Origin: Marispirochaeta sp.
Lineage (GTDB): Bacteria; Spirochaetota; Spirochaetia; JC444; Marispirochaetaceae
Direction: 5' to 3'
Length of the DNA stretch: 64,000 bases
Assembly (NCBI GenBank): GCA_963676835.2
Contig: CAXXFF010000002.1
Location: forward strand, 128,001 to 192,000
Shown in pieces: positions 9,900 through 20,374 of the stretch. The notes beneath the pieces are model-generated. The model saw only the letters and a list, made by a program, of their open reading frames with translations, had not been told where the DNA came from and ran no database searches. Position numbers and translations under genes: made by a program. Position 1 is the stretch's first letter. Each line of letters opens with the position of its first letter.

Positions 9900-10448
9900 G
9901 TGAATGTTTCAAAATTTCTTGTTCTCGGTGCTCTGGACAGCCTCGGCACCGGAAGCGGTTATGATGTACAGCGGGAGCTTGAACAGAGAAGGGTTACCAA
10001 CTGGACGGGTATTAAAACCGGTTCCATTTACTTCGCTATCCGCCAGCTGGAAAAGGATGCCTGTATTGAGGTAGTCGCAAAGAAACAGTCCGGAGCATTT
10101 CCGGTAAAAAGCATCTACCGGACAACCGAAACAGGAAGAAAAATCTTCGACGAGATGCAGGAGGAAGCATTCCGGGGGCTGTATCCTCAATACTACGGCT
10201 TTAAACTGGCCCTCAAGTTTAATCGCCGCAGGACCGCAGATGAAATTATAGCCTTTACAGGAATTGCCATCGAAAACATCGGGAAAACCTTACGTGCAAT
10301 GGACGAGTATCTTGAGACAGCTGATCCGGAAACTCTGGATGACGACCGCTTCTTTATCCGCCATGATAAGCTCTTACTGGAGGCGGAAAAGCAGTGGATT
10401 AAGGAAGTTCAGCCATTTATCCGTCAGCCAGCCTGCACAAATTCCTGA
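9900..10448 (+). CDS. PadR family transcriptional regulator
   Basis: SGYDV, GSIYFAIRQLEK, YRTTETG; GGAGG SD. Confidence 0.9.
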   Translation: MNVSKFLVLGALDSLGTGSGYDVQRELEQRRVTNWTGIKTGSIYFAIRQLEKDACIEVVAKKQSGAFPVKSIYRTTETGRKIFDEMQEEAFRGLYPQYYGFKLALKFNRRRTADEIIAFTGIAIENIGKTLRAMDEYLETADPETLDDDRFFIRHDKLLLEAEKQWIKEVQPFIRQPACTNS

Positions 10449-10522
10449 CTTTTTACATCTTCTTTAGCGCTGAAAATTGACATGAGCAAAAATCCGCATA
10501 CTCTTTGTAAGTGGAGGAGCTT

Positions 10523-12124
10523 ATGTTTAGAAACTTCAAAATATCATCCCGCCTGATACTGCAAACGGTATTAATTGTTCTTCTCCTTATTGCAGTAAAT
10601 GTGGTCTATATTATCGGTATCGATTATATCCGGGATTTCAGCAGTGCCCAGGGCAGTGAGATTATGCTGGACGGACAAAAGGACAAAATCAAGGTTGCCA
10701 CGGAAAACCTGGCCGAGGGGCTGGGAAACCTGCTGAAAAATGTTCCCCCTTCGGAACAGGATGATTTAATACGCAGCTTTGTCGATCCCATACGCTTCGA
10801 AGAAGATAAATCAGGCTATTTCTTTGTGTACCGCCAGACAGTTACCGTTGCCTTACCTCCACAGCCCGACCTGGTCGGGGAGGACAGAAAGAACATTCAG
10901 GACTCCAAAGGAACCTACCTGCTTCAGGAACTGCATAAAGCTGCGGAAGAAGGGGGTGGATTTGTTGAATACTGGTATGCGAAACCCGGCGCGGGAGAAC
11001 AACCTAAACTTGCCTACTCCGCCATGATTCCCGGTACAGATCTCTGGATTGGAACCGGTGTCTATATAAGCAATGTTGAGGAGATGCGGGGTATCATCGA
11101 CGCCAGAGTACGTACTATCTCAAGAAACCTGGTGCTTATGATTGTAGGAGGAATAAGCCTTCTGCTGCTTATAATATTCCTCCCCTTCACTGTTTTCCTT
11201 TACCGTAGTATTACGCTCCCGCTGCGTAATGCAGTCAACGTCACCGACAGTATTGCCGGCGGCGACCTCAGAGCTCAGATCCGGGACAAGGGAAAAGATG
11301 AAGTTGCCCAGCTGATCCGCTCCATAAACATGATGCAGGTAAAACTGCAGCAGATTGTAGCCAGTGTGAAAACAATAGCCGGAAAACTGTCCACAGGCAG
11401 CCGGGAAATCAGCACCACATCGCAGCAGGTTTCATCGGGTTCAACTCAGCAGGCTGCTGCAACGGAAGAGACCAGTGCATCCATGGAAGAGATGGCCTCC
11501 ACGGTACAGCACACATCGGATAATGCTGTTCAGACTGAAAAGATCGCCCTTGCGGCACAGGAAACCGCCAAACGAGGCAGCCATGCGGTCCATGAAACCA
11601 TCAGTGCCATGGAGAATATTCAGGGACGTACGGAACTTATAGAAGCCATTGCACGGCAGACAAATATGCTTGCCCTGAATGCCGCAATTGAAGCAGCCAG
11701 GGCCGGAGAAGCAGGGAAAGGCTTTGCGGTGGTTGCGGCGGAAGTCCGCAAGCTTGCTGAACGTTCACAGGAAGCTGCTGCTGTAATCACCAAAATCAGC
11801 ACCGAGAGCATGACCGTCTCCCGGGAAGCCGGCAGGGTATTCGACGAGATGCTCCCCGGTATTGAACGGACAGCAGACCTGGTACAGGAGATCAGCGCAG
11901 CCTCACGGGAGCAGTCAACCGGTATCGATCAGGTGACCAATGCCCTTACTCAACTGGATCAGACAGTACAGCACAATGCAGCAATATCCGAAGAGTTATC
12001 CGCCATGGCCAGGGAATTTGCCGACGGTGCTGCAGAGCTTGAAGAGATCATGCAGTATTTCACCGTCTCAGAGACAGAGAATAACCAGGATATTCCTCTT
12101 CTGCTGGACTCCAGCGAAAAGTAA
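10523..12124 (+). CDS. Methyl-accepting chemotaxis protein (Cache sensor, HAMP)
   Basis: GYFF..QDSKG..GGGFVEY.Y.KP Cache motif; [37 protein letters not shown]; start ATG 10523 after GGAGGA. Confidence 0.95.
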   Translation: MFRNFKISSRLILQTVLIVLLLIAVNVVYIIGIDYIRDFSSAQGSEIMLDGQKDKIKVATENLAEGLGNLLKNVPPSEQDDLIRSFVDPIRFEEDKSGYFFVYRQTVTVALPPQPDLVGEDRKNIQDSKGTYLLQELHKAAEEGGGFVEYWYAKPGAGEQPKLAYSAMIPGTDLWIGTGVYISNVEEMRGIIDARVRTISRNLVLMIVGGISLLLLIIFLPFTVFLYRSITLPLRNAVNVTDSIAGGDLRAQIRDKGKDEVAQLIRSINMMQVKLQQIVASVKTIAGKLSTGSREISTTSQQVSSGSTQQAAATEETSASMEEMASTVQHTSDNAVQTEKIALAAQETAKRGSHAVHETISAMENIQGRTELIEAIARQTNMLALNAAIEAARAGEAGKGFAVVAAEVRKLAERSQEAAAVITKISTESMTVSREAGRVFDEMLPGIERTADLVQEISAASREQSTGIDQVTNALTQLDQTVQHNAAISEELSAMAREFADGAAELEEIMQYFTVSETENNQDIPLLLDSSEK

Positions 12125-12149
12125 ATCCTCTTGCATTCCGGGAACAGCC

Positions 12150-15100
12150 CTATTCCGTTTGGTCTGTTCCCGGAACCAGTTCCTTCATAGAATAAACAAG
12201 ATCTTTGTACTTCTCAGCAGGCTCCCGCCAGCTGTAGACATTCCGGATCATATTATCCCGGGCAGCAGAGAGCTTTTCCGGTGTCTCTTCAGTGAAGATA
12301 CGGTGAAAACGCTGCATGGCATCATACAGAGCGGGAGCAGTGTAATCCGAGAATAGTACTCCGTTACCCTGCAGAGACCTGCCGCTGCGCGCCAGGGACT
12401 TAACGGTATCCTTCAATCCTCCCGTTGCCCGTGCACAGACAAAGGATCCGCAGGCAAATGCCTCCAGCTGGCTGATTCCTCCCGGTTCATGCATGGAGGG
12501 CATCAGGAAAAGATCAGCCCCCAAAAGGGGAATCCGGACATCCTGGTATCCGATGCCCACGGAAACCTGACGGGGAAAGAAATCCGCCAGCTGTAACAGT
12601 CCCCGGGCAAGCTCATCACCCCGTTCATCGCCGCCGGCAACAGCCCCCCCGATAATTCCCTGATAGCCCAATGTGGAAAAAATGCCCCGGGAGGCTTCCA
12701 GAAGCAGCTGGAATCCCTTCTGTTCCGTCAAACGGTGGATCATTACACAAAGAGGCGCATCGGGATCTACCTGCAGCCCCCGGGAGAGCTGAACAAGCAG
12801 CTTGATACGCATCCTCTCAAGGACCTGTCTGCGCCTTCCCGCCTTCATGGTATCAACAGTTTCCGGCTGCAGAAGTTCGGGATATTTTTCTTCAAGCTGA
12901 TCTTTCAGCAAGGAGTCCCTGCTGACCGCATCCTTCAAGCCGGAAAGATTGCGCCGGATAAAATTATCCTCCCGCATTTTATTCATGGCCCGGACACGGA
13001 AATCAGTTCCCACACCGTTGTTTATTCCGGTTACATCGTGGAGAATACGTTCCATGCCGTCGGCCCCTATCTTCAGCTGCTCTGCGTAGCTCGGGGAAAC
13101 AGTGACAATCCTGTCGGCGGAACGGATACCTGCGGCCATGCAGTTTATCCTGCCGGAATCAGACGGGTCTTCAACCCTCCAGTACTCATGATCCCCAAGA
13201 TTAAACAGCCGGTACAGATCCGTGCCTTTTTCGTATCTGTGGTAGGCATCAAAGTACTGCCAGCCTCCGTTGTGGACAATATGAACAAGGCTGGCCCGGT
13301 CAAAGGGCGGATGCCCGGCGTACCCGGGATCACTTCGTATAATGGAGCAGAATATTCCGGTAAAGGCATCGTTGGTAAATACCGCAAGGGGATCAAGTTC
13401 AAAGGTTCTGATAACTTCCGCCGAAGCCCGGGCAAAGGCTGTCCGCCGCCTCAGACGTTCTTCACCGGTAACGCCGAAGTAAAGTCCATCAAAGAACTCA
13501 TGATGGTCAAGAAGATAGTAGTGGATACCATCCACAAGGCCGTAATGTACGCCTATTTCGTACTCCCTGCTCTGGATATAAAAGCGGACAGTCCTGCCGG
13601 TATAACGGATGCCGTAGCGGCGTACGGATTCATCCATCTTTTTACGGACCTTGTCATCTCCCTGCTTGTAATAGGGGGTGATAACAACCGTCTCTTCTCC
13701 CATTACCGAAAGTTCCCGGGGGAGCTCGTAGACAACATTGGCAAGCCCTCCGGATTTCGAGAAGGGGTCCGCTTCGGCGGCAAGAAAAATAAGACTTCCG
13801 CCGCGGAAGGCATTGCTCAGAGAAGCACCGAGGCTGCTTAACGCTTCATCAGCATCAGCCTGCAGGCTTGTAATCAGATACCAGACCGCTGCAGCTGCGT
13901 TCCGGCTTTCCTCCAGCCGGTAAAAATTATACATAAAGCGTTTTACCGCCAGATGATAAGTTTCCCGATGTCCATCCAGAAGGGGCAGCAGGGTATTCAG
14001 CAGAAAATCACGGAACTTGCGATAGGACCCGCTGCGGGCCTTTAATTCCCCGAAAGCAAAATTGGCAAGAAAATAGTTCCTGCCGTTTCCGGAACAGAGA
14101 CGAAAGACCGACTGCTTCAAGACCTCCGGGTAAGCCGCCGCTTTTTTCTCTTCATCCGTCTCTGCCGTAAGATTAAGCAGTTTATACCGGTCGGTATGGG
14201 GAATAATCGCCTCTATCCTGCTTTCTCTCAGCTCCCTGCCGGAATACCATCCGGCCTGGCCGGTTACGGTTGAATACACCGGATCGATAATCTGATAAAA
14301 CGCATCATCATCAATTGGAAGAGAGGGATCATCAAACTGAAGAAAAACACGCTCATCCCGGTCGGCAAAATTAAATGCCCCGAGCACGCCCTTTCTGCCT
14401 GAAAAGCGGACAGCCGCAGCAACCATATTATTATTGGCCCATATAAGATGAGCCCGGCCTTTCTGCCGGCGGTGATTTCCATAAAGATTGGAATAGAACC
14501 CCTGGGTTCCCCGGTTTGCCTCCCGCTCAAAATCATTCCAGTTTACATAGATGTTATCCAGATATACCTTCCAGGATTCCCCTTCCGCACTGCCCTCATA
14601 GTCAAGAATAATACGGCTCAAGAAACCGGTAAGCATGACAGCTGCTTTGAATCCCCGGGCACCGAAGGTATTGAGCGCCCGACGTTCATCATGGTTGCCC
14701 AGGATGCCCAGCAGTTCCGCTCCCGGAGGCAGAATAGAGGGGTAATGCTGCTGGTAGATGTGGTAAATCTCCCGGACATCGGTCTTTCCATGAATAATGT
14801 TTTCACAGATTTTAAAGAGCGCCGAGTTGTAGGGAACCGTTCCGGTTCTGGAAAGATACTGTTCCCTGCCCCAGTAGCACTCTGCCAGGTTTACAAAATA
14901 CTTCTTCCCCAGCCGCAGCAGCAGCCGGTGAATACGCTGGTACAGATAATAATGGAAAGGTACTGCAATGAGTTCCGCACAGGCGGAATCATAATAACCG
15001 GTGGTAACATAATGGTCATACTCACGGTTGTTGTCGATGATTTCTCCTTCCACCAGGGACTCTCTGCTGCGGTAATCACCATGCAGAAAGGGGTAGTTAT

Positions 15101-17024
15101 TGCGCCGCATCATTACCGGGACAGCATGGGAGGAGTCGAAGCGGATTCCATCTATATCGAACTTCTCTATGAGGGTGCAGACTGAATCGGCCAGCCATTC
15201 CCAAACCGCAAATTTCCGGTAATTGAGAAGCTTGCCGTCATTCCAGCTGCCGTAGCGGCCGTCTGTAGAGCCCCGTACTACAAGATTGCCCTGACTGTCG
15301 TAGCAGCGTACTGCCATTTCATCCGGAAGCTCCTCAGAGCGGCGGTTAAGATGGGGAATAATATCAACAATAATCTTTATTCCCAGGCGGTGGGCCTCTT
15401 CGACCAGGCCGAGAAACCCCTCCTCCCCGCCGAGGGCCGGCTCAAGGGCGGTAAGACTCATGGGAGCGAAGGGAGAAGGCGATCTCGCCTCCTCTGCCCA
15501 GTCTTCCCGGTTGCTCCCCCGCTTCTGTATTCCAAGAACATACAGGGCGCTGATGGAATAGCGGGATTTGAGATCCTCCAGATGAGCCCTGATATCACCG
15601 AAGGTACCGGTACGGATGATCTGCCCGGACTCATTGAACACCATCCCGGGATTTTCAGAGCCCCAGTAGAGCCTGGTGTGGCCGTGAATATCGGGAAATA
15701 TCTCGAGGACAAGCTCTCCATCCAGGCTTGGCTGAACATTCAGACGTCCGCCGCTTCCGTCCACCCAGCGGGGCCCGTTCTTCAGATTACGGTAGACCAC
15801 CCAGTCATAGCTCCCCAGGGTACGGAAGATTCTGGAAACCTCCCATATGCCGCTCTCCCGGGAGTAATTGAGGGTGATATCGGTATAATCGAGATTTCCG
15901 TCTACAAAAAGCTTCTCCGCCGATCGGTCCCCGTAGATACGCAGAAAATAACCGGTCTTGCTGCGGGGGAGCTCAAATCTGAAGGTGTGGCTGGTGCCGG
16001 CATCTATGGTGACAAACTGAGTTGCCAGGGGAGCATCAAATTCCTTGGGGGCAAAAACACGTTCAAGAAGGATATTTGCCCGGTTACGGATTTCATGAAT
16101 ATCATGTCCTGAAGCGGCAACAAGCAGTCTCACCACTTCACGGAGGGAAGTGGCATCGTTATGGGTTTTAAACCGCCGGGCCAGTCTTTCCAGCTCATCC
16201 AGCGCTGTCCGGCACTGGTTATAATCGAAGAGACCGGACTCACCGGGAAGCCTGGCATCCAGCTGCTCAAGCAGTGAGTTCCGCTGCTTTTGGGAAAAGG
16301 GCCGTGCTTTGCCTGAAATAGGCGCCGGAGGGGATTCAAATACACCGGCCCGGGTGATTACCCGGTCCAGCAGCAGATCAAACTGCCGTTCCTGCTCCCT
16401 GCTCAGCGGATCGGTGTGGGTGTATCCTGTCTCGACAGCCCGCTCCTCAATTCGGAGAAGGGTAAGAAACATCCCGTATGAATCCTCCAGCCCTTCGGAG
16501 AGATCGGCGTAGACACTGTCAGTCAGATTAAAGCCCAGATAGATCGTGGGCTGCTCTTTTTCCGGCGGGCCTGCATCAACCCAGGCAAGGAGAGAAGTAT
16601 CGGTGGAGATGTGAAAGATGGTAGGACTTGCCGGTCTTTCCCTGACAAAAACAAAACGGCGTCCCGAGAGCAGGGAATGATCAATATCTGAAAGAGCACG
16701 GTGAACCAGAACAAGTCCGTCAAGAAGACGGTCCGCGAGACGTCCCTGACTGGCCACTCTTCTTTTGCCGGACGGTTCATTCTCTGCAGCAGCAGCAAGC
16801 ATCTGATCCCGAAGGGGAATCAGCAGGGAGGAGGCATCACTGGCATTTCCTTCAATCTGAAAGGCCTTGACTGCATTCAGATCCGGATAGAAAGGGAAAC
16901 TCCTGGACTGACGAATAGATTCATCTATTTCATGTTCAATATCCCGGGCACTAAAGAGCTTCCGGTCCTCATCACGGCATCGAATCAGGGCGGAAGGAAA
17001 ATGTACCGAATGGTTCCAGCTCAT
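12150..17024 (-). CDS. GH13 alpha-amylase-like / GT5 glycogen-synthase fusion protein
   Basis: GH13: DGIRFDSSH, LAECYW, GNHDE; GT5: EADPFSKSGGL, HNGGWQ, HRLTEQKG, LMPSMHEPGGISQLEA; start chosen at ATG 17024 after GAGGTG SD. Confidence 0.88.
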   Translation of the reverse strand: MSWNHSVHFPSALIRCRDEDRKLFSARDIEHEIDESIRQSRSFPFYPDLNAVKAFQIEGNASDASSLLIPLRDQMLAAAAENEPSGKRRVASQGRLADRLLDGLVLVHRALSDIDHSLLSGRRFVFVRERPASPTIFHISTDTSLLAWVDAGPPEKEQPTIYLGFNLTDSVYADLSEGLEDSYGMFLTLLRIEERAVETGYTHTDPLSREQERQFDLLLDRVITRAGVFESPPAPISGKARPFSQKQRNSLLEQLDARLPGESGLFDYNQCRTALDELERLARRFKTHNDATSLREVVRLLVAASGHDIHEIRNRANILLERVFAPKEFDAPLATQFVTIDAGTSHTFRFELPRSKTGYFLRIYGDRSAEKLFVDGNLDYTDITLNYSRESGIWEVSRIFRTLGSYDWVVYRNLKNGPRWVDGSGGRLNVQPSLDGELVLEIFPDIHGHTRLYWGSENPGMVFNESGQIIRTGTFGDIRAHLEDLKSRYSISALYVLGIQKRGSNREDWAEEARSPSPFAPMSLTALEPALGGEEGFLGLVEEAHRLGIKIIVDIIPHLNRRSEELPDEMAVRCYDSQGNLVVRGSTDGRYGSWNDGKLLNYRKFAVWEWLADSVCTLIEKFDIDGIRFDSSHAVPVMMRRNNYPFLHGDYRSRESLVEGEIIDNNREYDHYVTTGYYDSACAELIAVPFHYYLYQRIHRLLLRLGKKYFVNLAECYWGREQYLSRTGTVPYNSALFKICENIIHGKTDVREIYHIYQQHYPSILPPGAELLGILGNHDERRALNTFGARGFKAAVMLTGFLSRIILDYEGSAEGESWKVYLDNIYVNWNDFEREANRGTQGFYSNLYGNHRRQKGRAHLIWANNNMVAAAVRFSGRKGVLGAFNFADRDERVFLQFDDPSLPIDDDAFYQIIDPVYSTVTGQAGWYSGRELRESRIEAIIPHTDRYKLLNLTAETDEEKKAAAYPEVLKQSVFRLCSGNGRNYFLANFAFGELKARSGSYRKFRDFLLNTLLPLLDGHRETYHLAVKRFMYNFYRLEESRNAAAAVWYLITSLQADADEALSSLGASLSNAFRGGSLIFLAAEADPFSKSGGLANVVYELPRELSVMGEETVVITPYYKQGDDKVRKKMDESVRRYGIRYTGRTVRFYIQSREYEIGVHYGLVDGIHYYLLDHHEFFDGLYFGVTGEERLRRRTAFARASAEVIRTFELDPLAVFTNDAFTGIFCSIIRSDPGYAGHPPFDRASLVHIVHNGGWQYFDAYHRYEKGTDLYRLFNLGDHEYWRVEDPSDSGRINCMAAGIRSADRIVTVSPSYAEQLKIGADGMERILHDVTGINNGVGTDFRVRAMNKMREDNFIRRNLSGLKDAVSRDSLLKDQLEEKYPELLQPETVDTMKAGRRRQVLERMRIKLLVQLSRGLQVDPDAPLCVMIHRLTEQKGFQLLLEASRGIFSTLGYQGIIGGAVAGGDERGDELARGLLQLADFFPRQVSVGIGYQDVRIPLLGADLFLMPSMHEPGGISQLEAFACGSFVCARATGGLKDTVKSLARSGRSLQGNGVLFSDYTAPALYDAMQRFHRIFTEETPEKLSAARDNMIRNVYSWREPAEKYKDLVYSMKELVPGTDQTE

Positions 17025-17235
17025 AGGCACCTCGCTTACGTCCATAGTACCAGCCCCGGGGGTAACAGGCAATTTTTATATGAGGGGATACTCTAAAAAC
17101 GTGGTGTTTTTGTCATTGTCAGGGATAAAAGGTTTTGCATCCCGGGAGGAGCGCGGGAAATCCCGAGGTCGCAGGTTATGGCTGAAAGAGCAGTTTTTAA
17201 AGCTTCCTTGCGAATAATTGGTGTATACTTCCCCC

Positions 17236-18414
17236 ATGGAAAGTTCCAGGGAGATCAGCAGTATAAAAAACAGGTTCCCCGAGAAGATGCTGGGCCATAT
17301 AACAGAATGCATCGACCCCTTCGGCAGCGGTACAACGCTGACAGAAGCAATCAATTTCTTCAACGAGAACCCGGAGTATGGAGCCTGGCCGGTAGAGACA
17401 GAGAAGGGCAGCCTTGGAATAATTCCGCGGGATATTCTCCTGGAAAAAGGCAAGTCTAGGCTGGAGAAAATCCGGAACAGAAAGGCTGCTGATTTTTCTA
17501 TTCCACGGATAAAAAGCTATGAAGCCCGGGATAACTGTCAGGCGGTGGCCGCAAAAATTGTTGAGAATGAAATCCGGACTGATACACTTATTATCTACAG
17601 CAACGGCACCTTTATGGGTATTATTCCGGTAAACCGACTCCTGAAACATGCTGCCCATCTTCGCAGCCGGGAACTCGGCTATGCCAGAGAGATTCAGGAA
17701 TTTCTTCTCAGGCGCTCAAAACCGGAAGAACGAGGTTTTACCTACCGATATCTGCTGAAACAGTCCAACGATATAGGGGGAGACTTTTACCAGGTAATCA
17801 AACTGGGAAACAGGACAGTCCTTGCCTCCTTTGACGTGAGTGGAAAGAATGTTTCTGCATCACTGGCAACATCCATGATAAGTGCGGTACTGGCAACCCT
17901 GGAAGAATCACCGGATCAGCAGCATAACCCTGCAGAGTTTCTCACACTGTTTAATAATATTCTCTGCAAAATCACCCCCCTGGATCTCTTTGTGGCAGGT
18001 CTATTCTACTTCATCAGCCCCGAAAACAGTGAAGTGGAAATTTTTAATTTTGGATATTCCCGGATCTTCATAATTTCCCGGGGGGAAAATAGAACAGGCA
18101 GGATCACTGCCGCAGAACCGCAGCTTCGTCCTCTGGGAATTGATGCAATTGATGATCCGGCGGTGCTGGAAAAGGTTAAACTTGTACTGTCAGGCCAAAA
18201 CAGGCTGACTCTGGTAAGCTGGTCTGACGGACTGGAGGATATGCAGAACCCCATGGGCCGGAAATTCGGAGAGAAACGAATTGAAGATTTTGTACGGAAA
18301 AATTATGCCTTAAGCCCGGAGAGGTTTATAGCTGATCTGGAACAAACCATTGATGAGTTTCGCCGGGACACGCCCCAGCCTGATGACATTACAGCCCTCT
18401 GTCTGAAACTGTAA
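17236..18414 (+). CDS. CBS-pair + SpoIIE/RsbU-type PP2C phosphatase
   Basis: IGGDFY, DVSGK, WSDGLED, QPDDIT; N-terminal CBS-like repeats. Confidence 0.85.
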   Translation: MESSREISSIKNRFPEKMLGHITECIDPFGSGTTLTEAINFFNENPEYGAWPVETEKGSLGIIPRDILLEKGKSRLEKIRNRKAADFSIPRIKSYEARDNCQAVAAKIVENEIRTDTLIIYSNGTFMGIIPVNRLLKHAAHLRSRELGYAREIQEFLLRRSKPEERGFTYRYLLKQSNDIGGDFYQVIKLGNRTVLASFDVSGKNVSASLATSMISAVLATLEESPDQQHNPAEFLTLFNNILCKITPLDLFVAGLFYFISPENSEVEIFNFGYSRIFIISRGENRTGRITAAEPQLRPLGIDAIDDPAVLEKVKLVLSGQNRLTLVSWSDGLEDMQNPMGRKFGEKRIEDFVRKNYALSPERFIADLEQTIDEFRRDTPQPDDITALCLKL

Positions 18415-18424
18415 CTTTCTTGGA

Positions 18425-18467
18425 GATACCCGACAACCGCTTGGTGTGCTTCCGGCTGTCGGGTATC
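18425..18467. terminator. Inverted repeat between convergent genes
   Basis: GATACCCGACA...TGTCGGGTATC. Confidence 0.55.
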
Positions 18468-18473
18468 CGGGAG

Positions 18474-18668
18474 CTATTCCTCTTCGTCCCCGATCTCATC
18501 TTCAGAATCCTCGCCGGGAACATAAAACAAATCCCTCAGGGTATCTTCGTCAGCGATCTGACCGCCGTCGGTTTCACCCTCTTTCTTTTTTAATTTCTTC
18601 TCTTCTTTTTTCTTTTTCTTTTCTAGTTCGCGCCGTCTTTTTTCGTAACTGAACTGATTTCTGCCCAC
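18474..18668 (-). CDS. Small basic/acidic hypothetical protein
   Basis: AAGGAGG SD before GTG 18668; GRNQFSYEKRRRELEKKKKKEEK then acidic tail. Confidence 0.8.
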   Translation of the reverse strand: MGRNQFSYEKRRRELEKKKKKEEKKLKKKEGETDGGQIADEDTLRDLFYVPGEDSEDEIGDEEE

Positions 18669-18734
18669 TATACCTCCTTCTCTTACTGATCCTTTCAACT
18701 GTGCAGACAATAATTCGAATATGTACTGGTGAAA

Positions 18735-18768
18735 GGAAAAAAGAAAAGCCAGGCTTTACAGCCTGGCC
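18735..18768 (-). terminator. Rho-independent terminator of the RRM gene
   Basis: GCCAGGCT-gtaa-AGCCTGGC followed by T-run on minus strand. Confidence 0.8.
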
Positions 18769-18787
18769 TTAACTGTCAACGTTCGGT

Positions 18788-19063
18788 TTAGTACTGAAAC
18801 CGCCGTTCCCGGGGTTTCCGGTCGTTTGCTTCGCTGACCCGAAGTTCTCTTCCGTCGAGTTCCTGACCGTTGAGAGCGGAGATAGCAGCTTCTGCCGCAT
18901 CATCCTCTTCCATCTCAACAAAGCCGAAGCCCTTTGAGCGGTCGGTGTAACGATCGGTGATGATTTTTGCGCTCAGAACCGCACCATACTGTGCGAAAGC
19001 CTGATTCAGCGCATCATCGGTGGTAGAGTAATTGAGATTACCCACATAGATCTTTTTTGCCAT
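18788..19063 (-). CDS. RRM (RNP-1) RNA-binding protein
   Basis: KIYVGNL (RNP2), KGFGFVEM (RNP1), LNGQELDGRELRV; AGGAG SD before ATG 19063. Confidence 0.95.
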   Translation of the reverse strand: MAKKIYVGNLNYSTTDDALNQAFAQYGAVLSAKIITDRYTDRSKGFGFVEMEEDDAAEAAISALNGQELDGRELRVSEANDRKPRERRFQY

Positions 19064-19282
19064 GATTCTACTCCTGTGCACCTGTTCTACAGGTAAACCT
19101 TAATTTATGTAACTTTGTGTTCCTTGCGGATAAAGACCAGTACCAGAAAAAAGGAAGGTGCAATCGAGAGAAGCGCCATAGCGAGAACATAAGGCCGATA
19201 AGCAGTCTAGGACCTTTTAGAGAACCAGTATAGTACAAAGAACAACAGCATACTCTTATGCCGTCATTTGGGTTACCTCTTC

Positions 19283-19311
19283 ATCCTAGCAGAGATAGGT
19301 GGTGACGTCAA
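19283..19311 (-). promoter_or_regulatory. sigma70-type promoter of the RRM gene
   Basis: TTGACG-N17-TAGGAT. Confidence 0.6.
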
Positions 19312-19316
19312 GCAGA

Positions 19317-20294
19317 TTAATCTGCACCTCTCCAAAGCAGTCCAAGAACCTCTCTGGATGGACTTGATTCGGGAAAATCCGGCCCTTTTACTACCTTACC
19401 GCCCTCAAACAGGCCAGGGATATACTCCTTAACCTGACTTTTAAGCCAGTTTTCCGGTGCATCGGGAGCATTCAGGAGTGTCATAAGGACACCATGCGGA
19501 GCAAGCCATTTCCCCGCCCGGCGCAGAAGTTTGGGATAATCCCGGTTATATTGAAAACTCCGCCCCTGCCGCGAGGGAGGATCGGCAATAATAATATCAA
19601 AGAGTCCCATACGGTCCACCCGGGAGAAGGATTTCATAATATCCAGAGAAAGATACGATACCCTGCATGGTATCCCGTCTCCAAAATTAAGGACATGGTT
19701 CTCCCTGCCCCGGTCAAGAACCGCCTGTTTCATATCGATATTCACCACTTCACCAGCTCCTCCTGCCGCGGCAGCAACGGAAAAGCCGCAGGTGTAGGCA
19801 AACAGGTTCAGAACTCTCATGTCCCGGGAATGCTCCCGCACCCAGCTTCTGGCAGAACGGGCATCAAAGAAAAAGCCGGGGTTTTGTCCCCGCAGGGGTT
19901 CGGCAAAAAATTTCAGACCATCTTCAAGAAAGGTAAGCTTTTCCGGAACCGGAAAACCCGCAGAGGCAACAATTTCAGAGCCGCGGGAACTGCGTTCCTG
20001 AACAATTGCAGATCGGATTTCGTGAAGATCCCGGAATTCATCCAAAAGCCTTTTTAGAATTTTTTCCATATCCCCCCTCTCCTGCCCGGTCAGAGACCGG
20101 TACACCACGATAAAAAGAAGGGAACCATATACATCGGCGGAAAAATCCTCTAGTCCTGCAGCAGTGCCGCCGCGGCCATGAAGAAGCCTTCCGCTGAAAC
20201 CGGAGGGTTTATCGGCAAGCTGCCGGTGAATATACTGAAAAAAATCCTGAGAAAAAAGGGAAACCACGGCGCATGCTATAGGGTCGGACCGCAA
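19317..20294 (-). CDS. Class I SAM-dependent (RlmI/RlmK-like) methyltransferase
   Basis: [33 protein letters not shown]; start uncertain. Confidence 0.85.
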   Translation of the reverse strand: MRSDPIACAVVSLFSQDFFQYIHRQLADKPSGFSGRLLHGRGGTAAGLEDFSADVYGSLLFIVVYRSLTGQERGDMEKILKRLLDEFRDLHEIRSAIVQERSSRGSEIVASAGFPVPEKLTFLEDGLKFFAEPLRGQNPGFFFDARSARSWVREHSRDMRVLNLFAYTCGFSVAAAAGGAGEVVNIDMKQAVLDRGRENHVLNFGDGIPCRVSYLSLDIMKSFSRVDRMGLFDIIIADPPSRQGRSFQYNRDYPKLLRRAGKWLAPHGVLMTLLNAPDAPENWLKSQVKEYIPGLFEGGKVVKGPDFPESSPSREVLGLLWRGAD

Positions 20295-20374
20295 ATGGTC
20301 AAGTCTGCCACTTCCTATTCGATCCGTTCGATTGTAGACTGTTTTCCAGGAAGCCCATAAGCAAAGGAGTTCTC

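Noticed and set aside
12735..16112. Long plus-strand ORFs (368, 245, 253 aa), and similar ORFs at 33110-34000, 48146-49258 and 41425-42384
   Set aside because: Antisense shadows of well-supported genes, with no recognisable motifs
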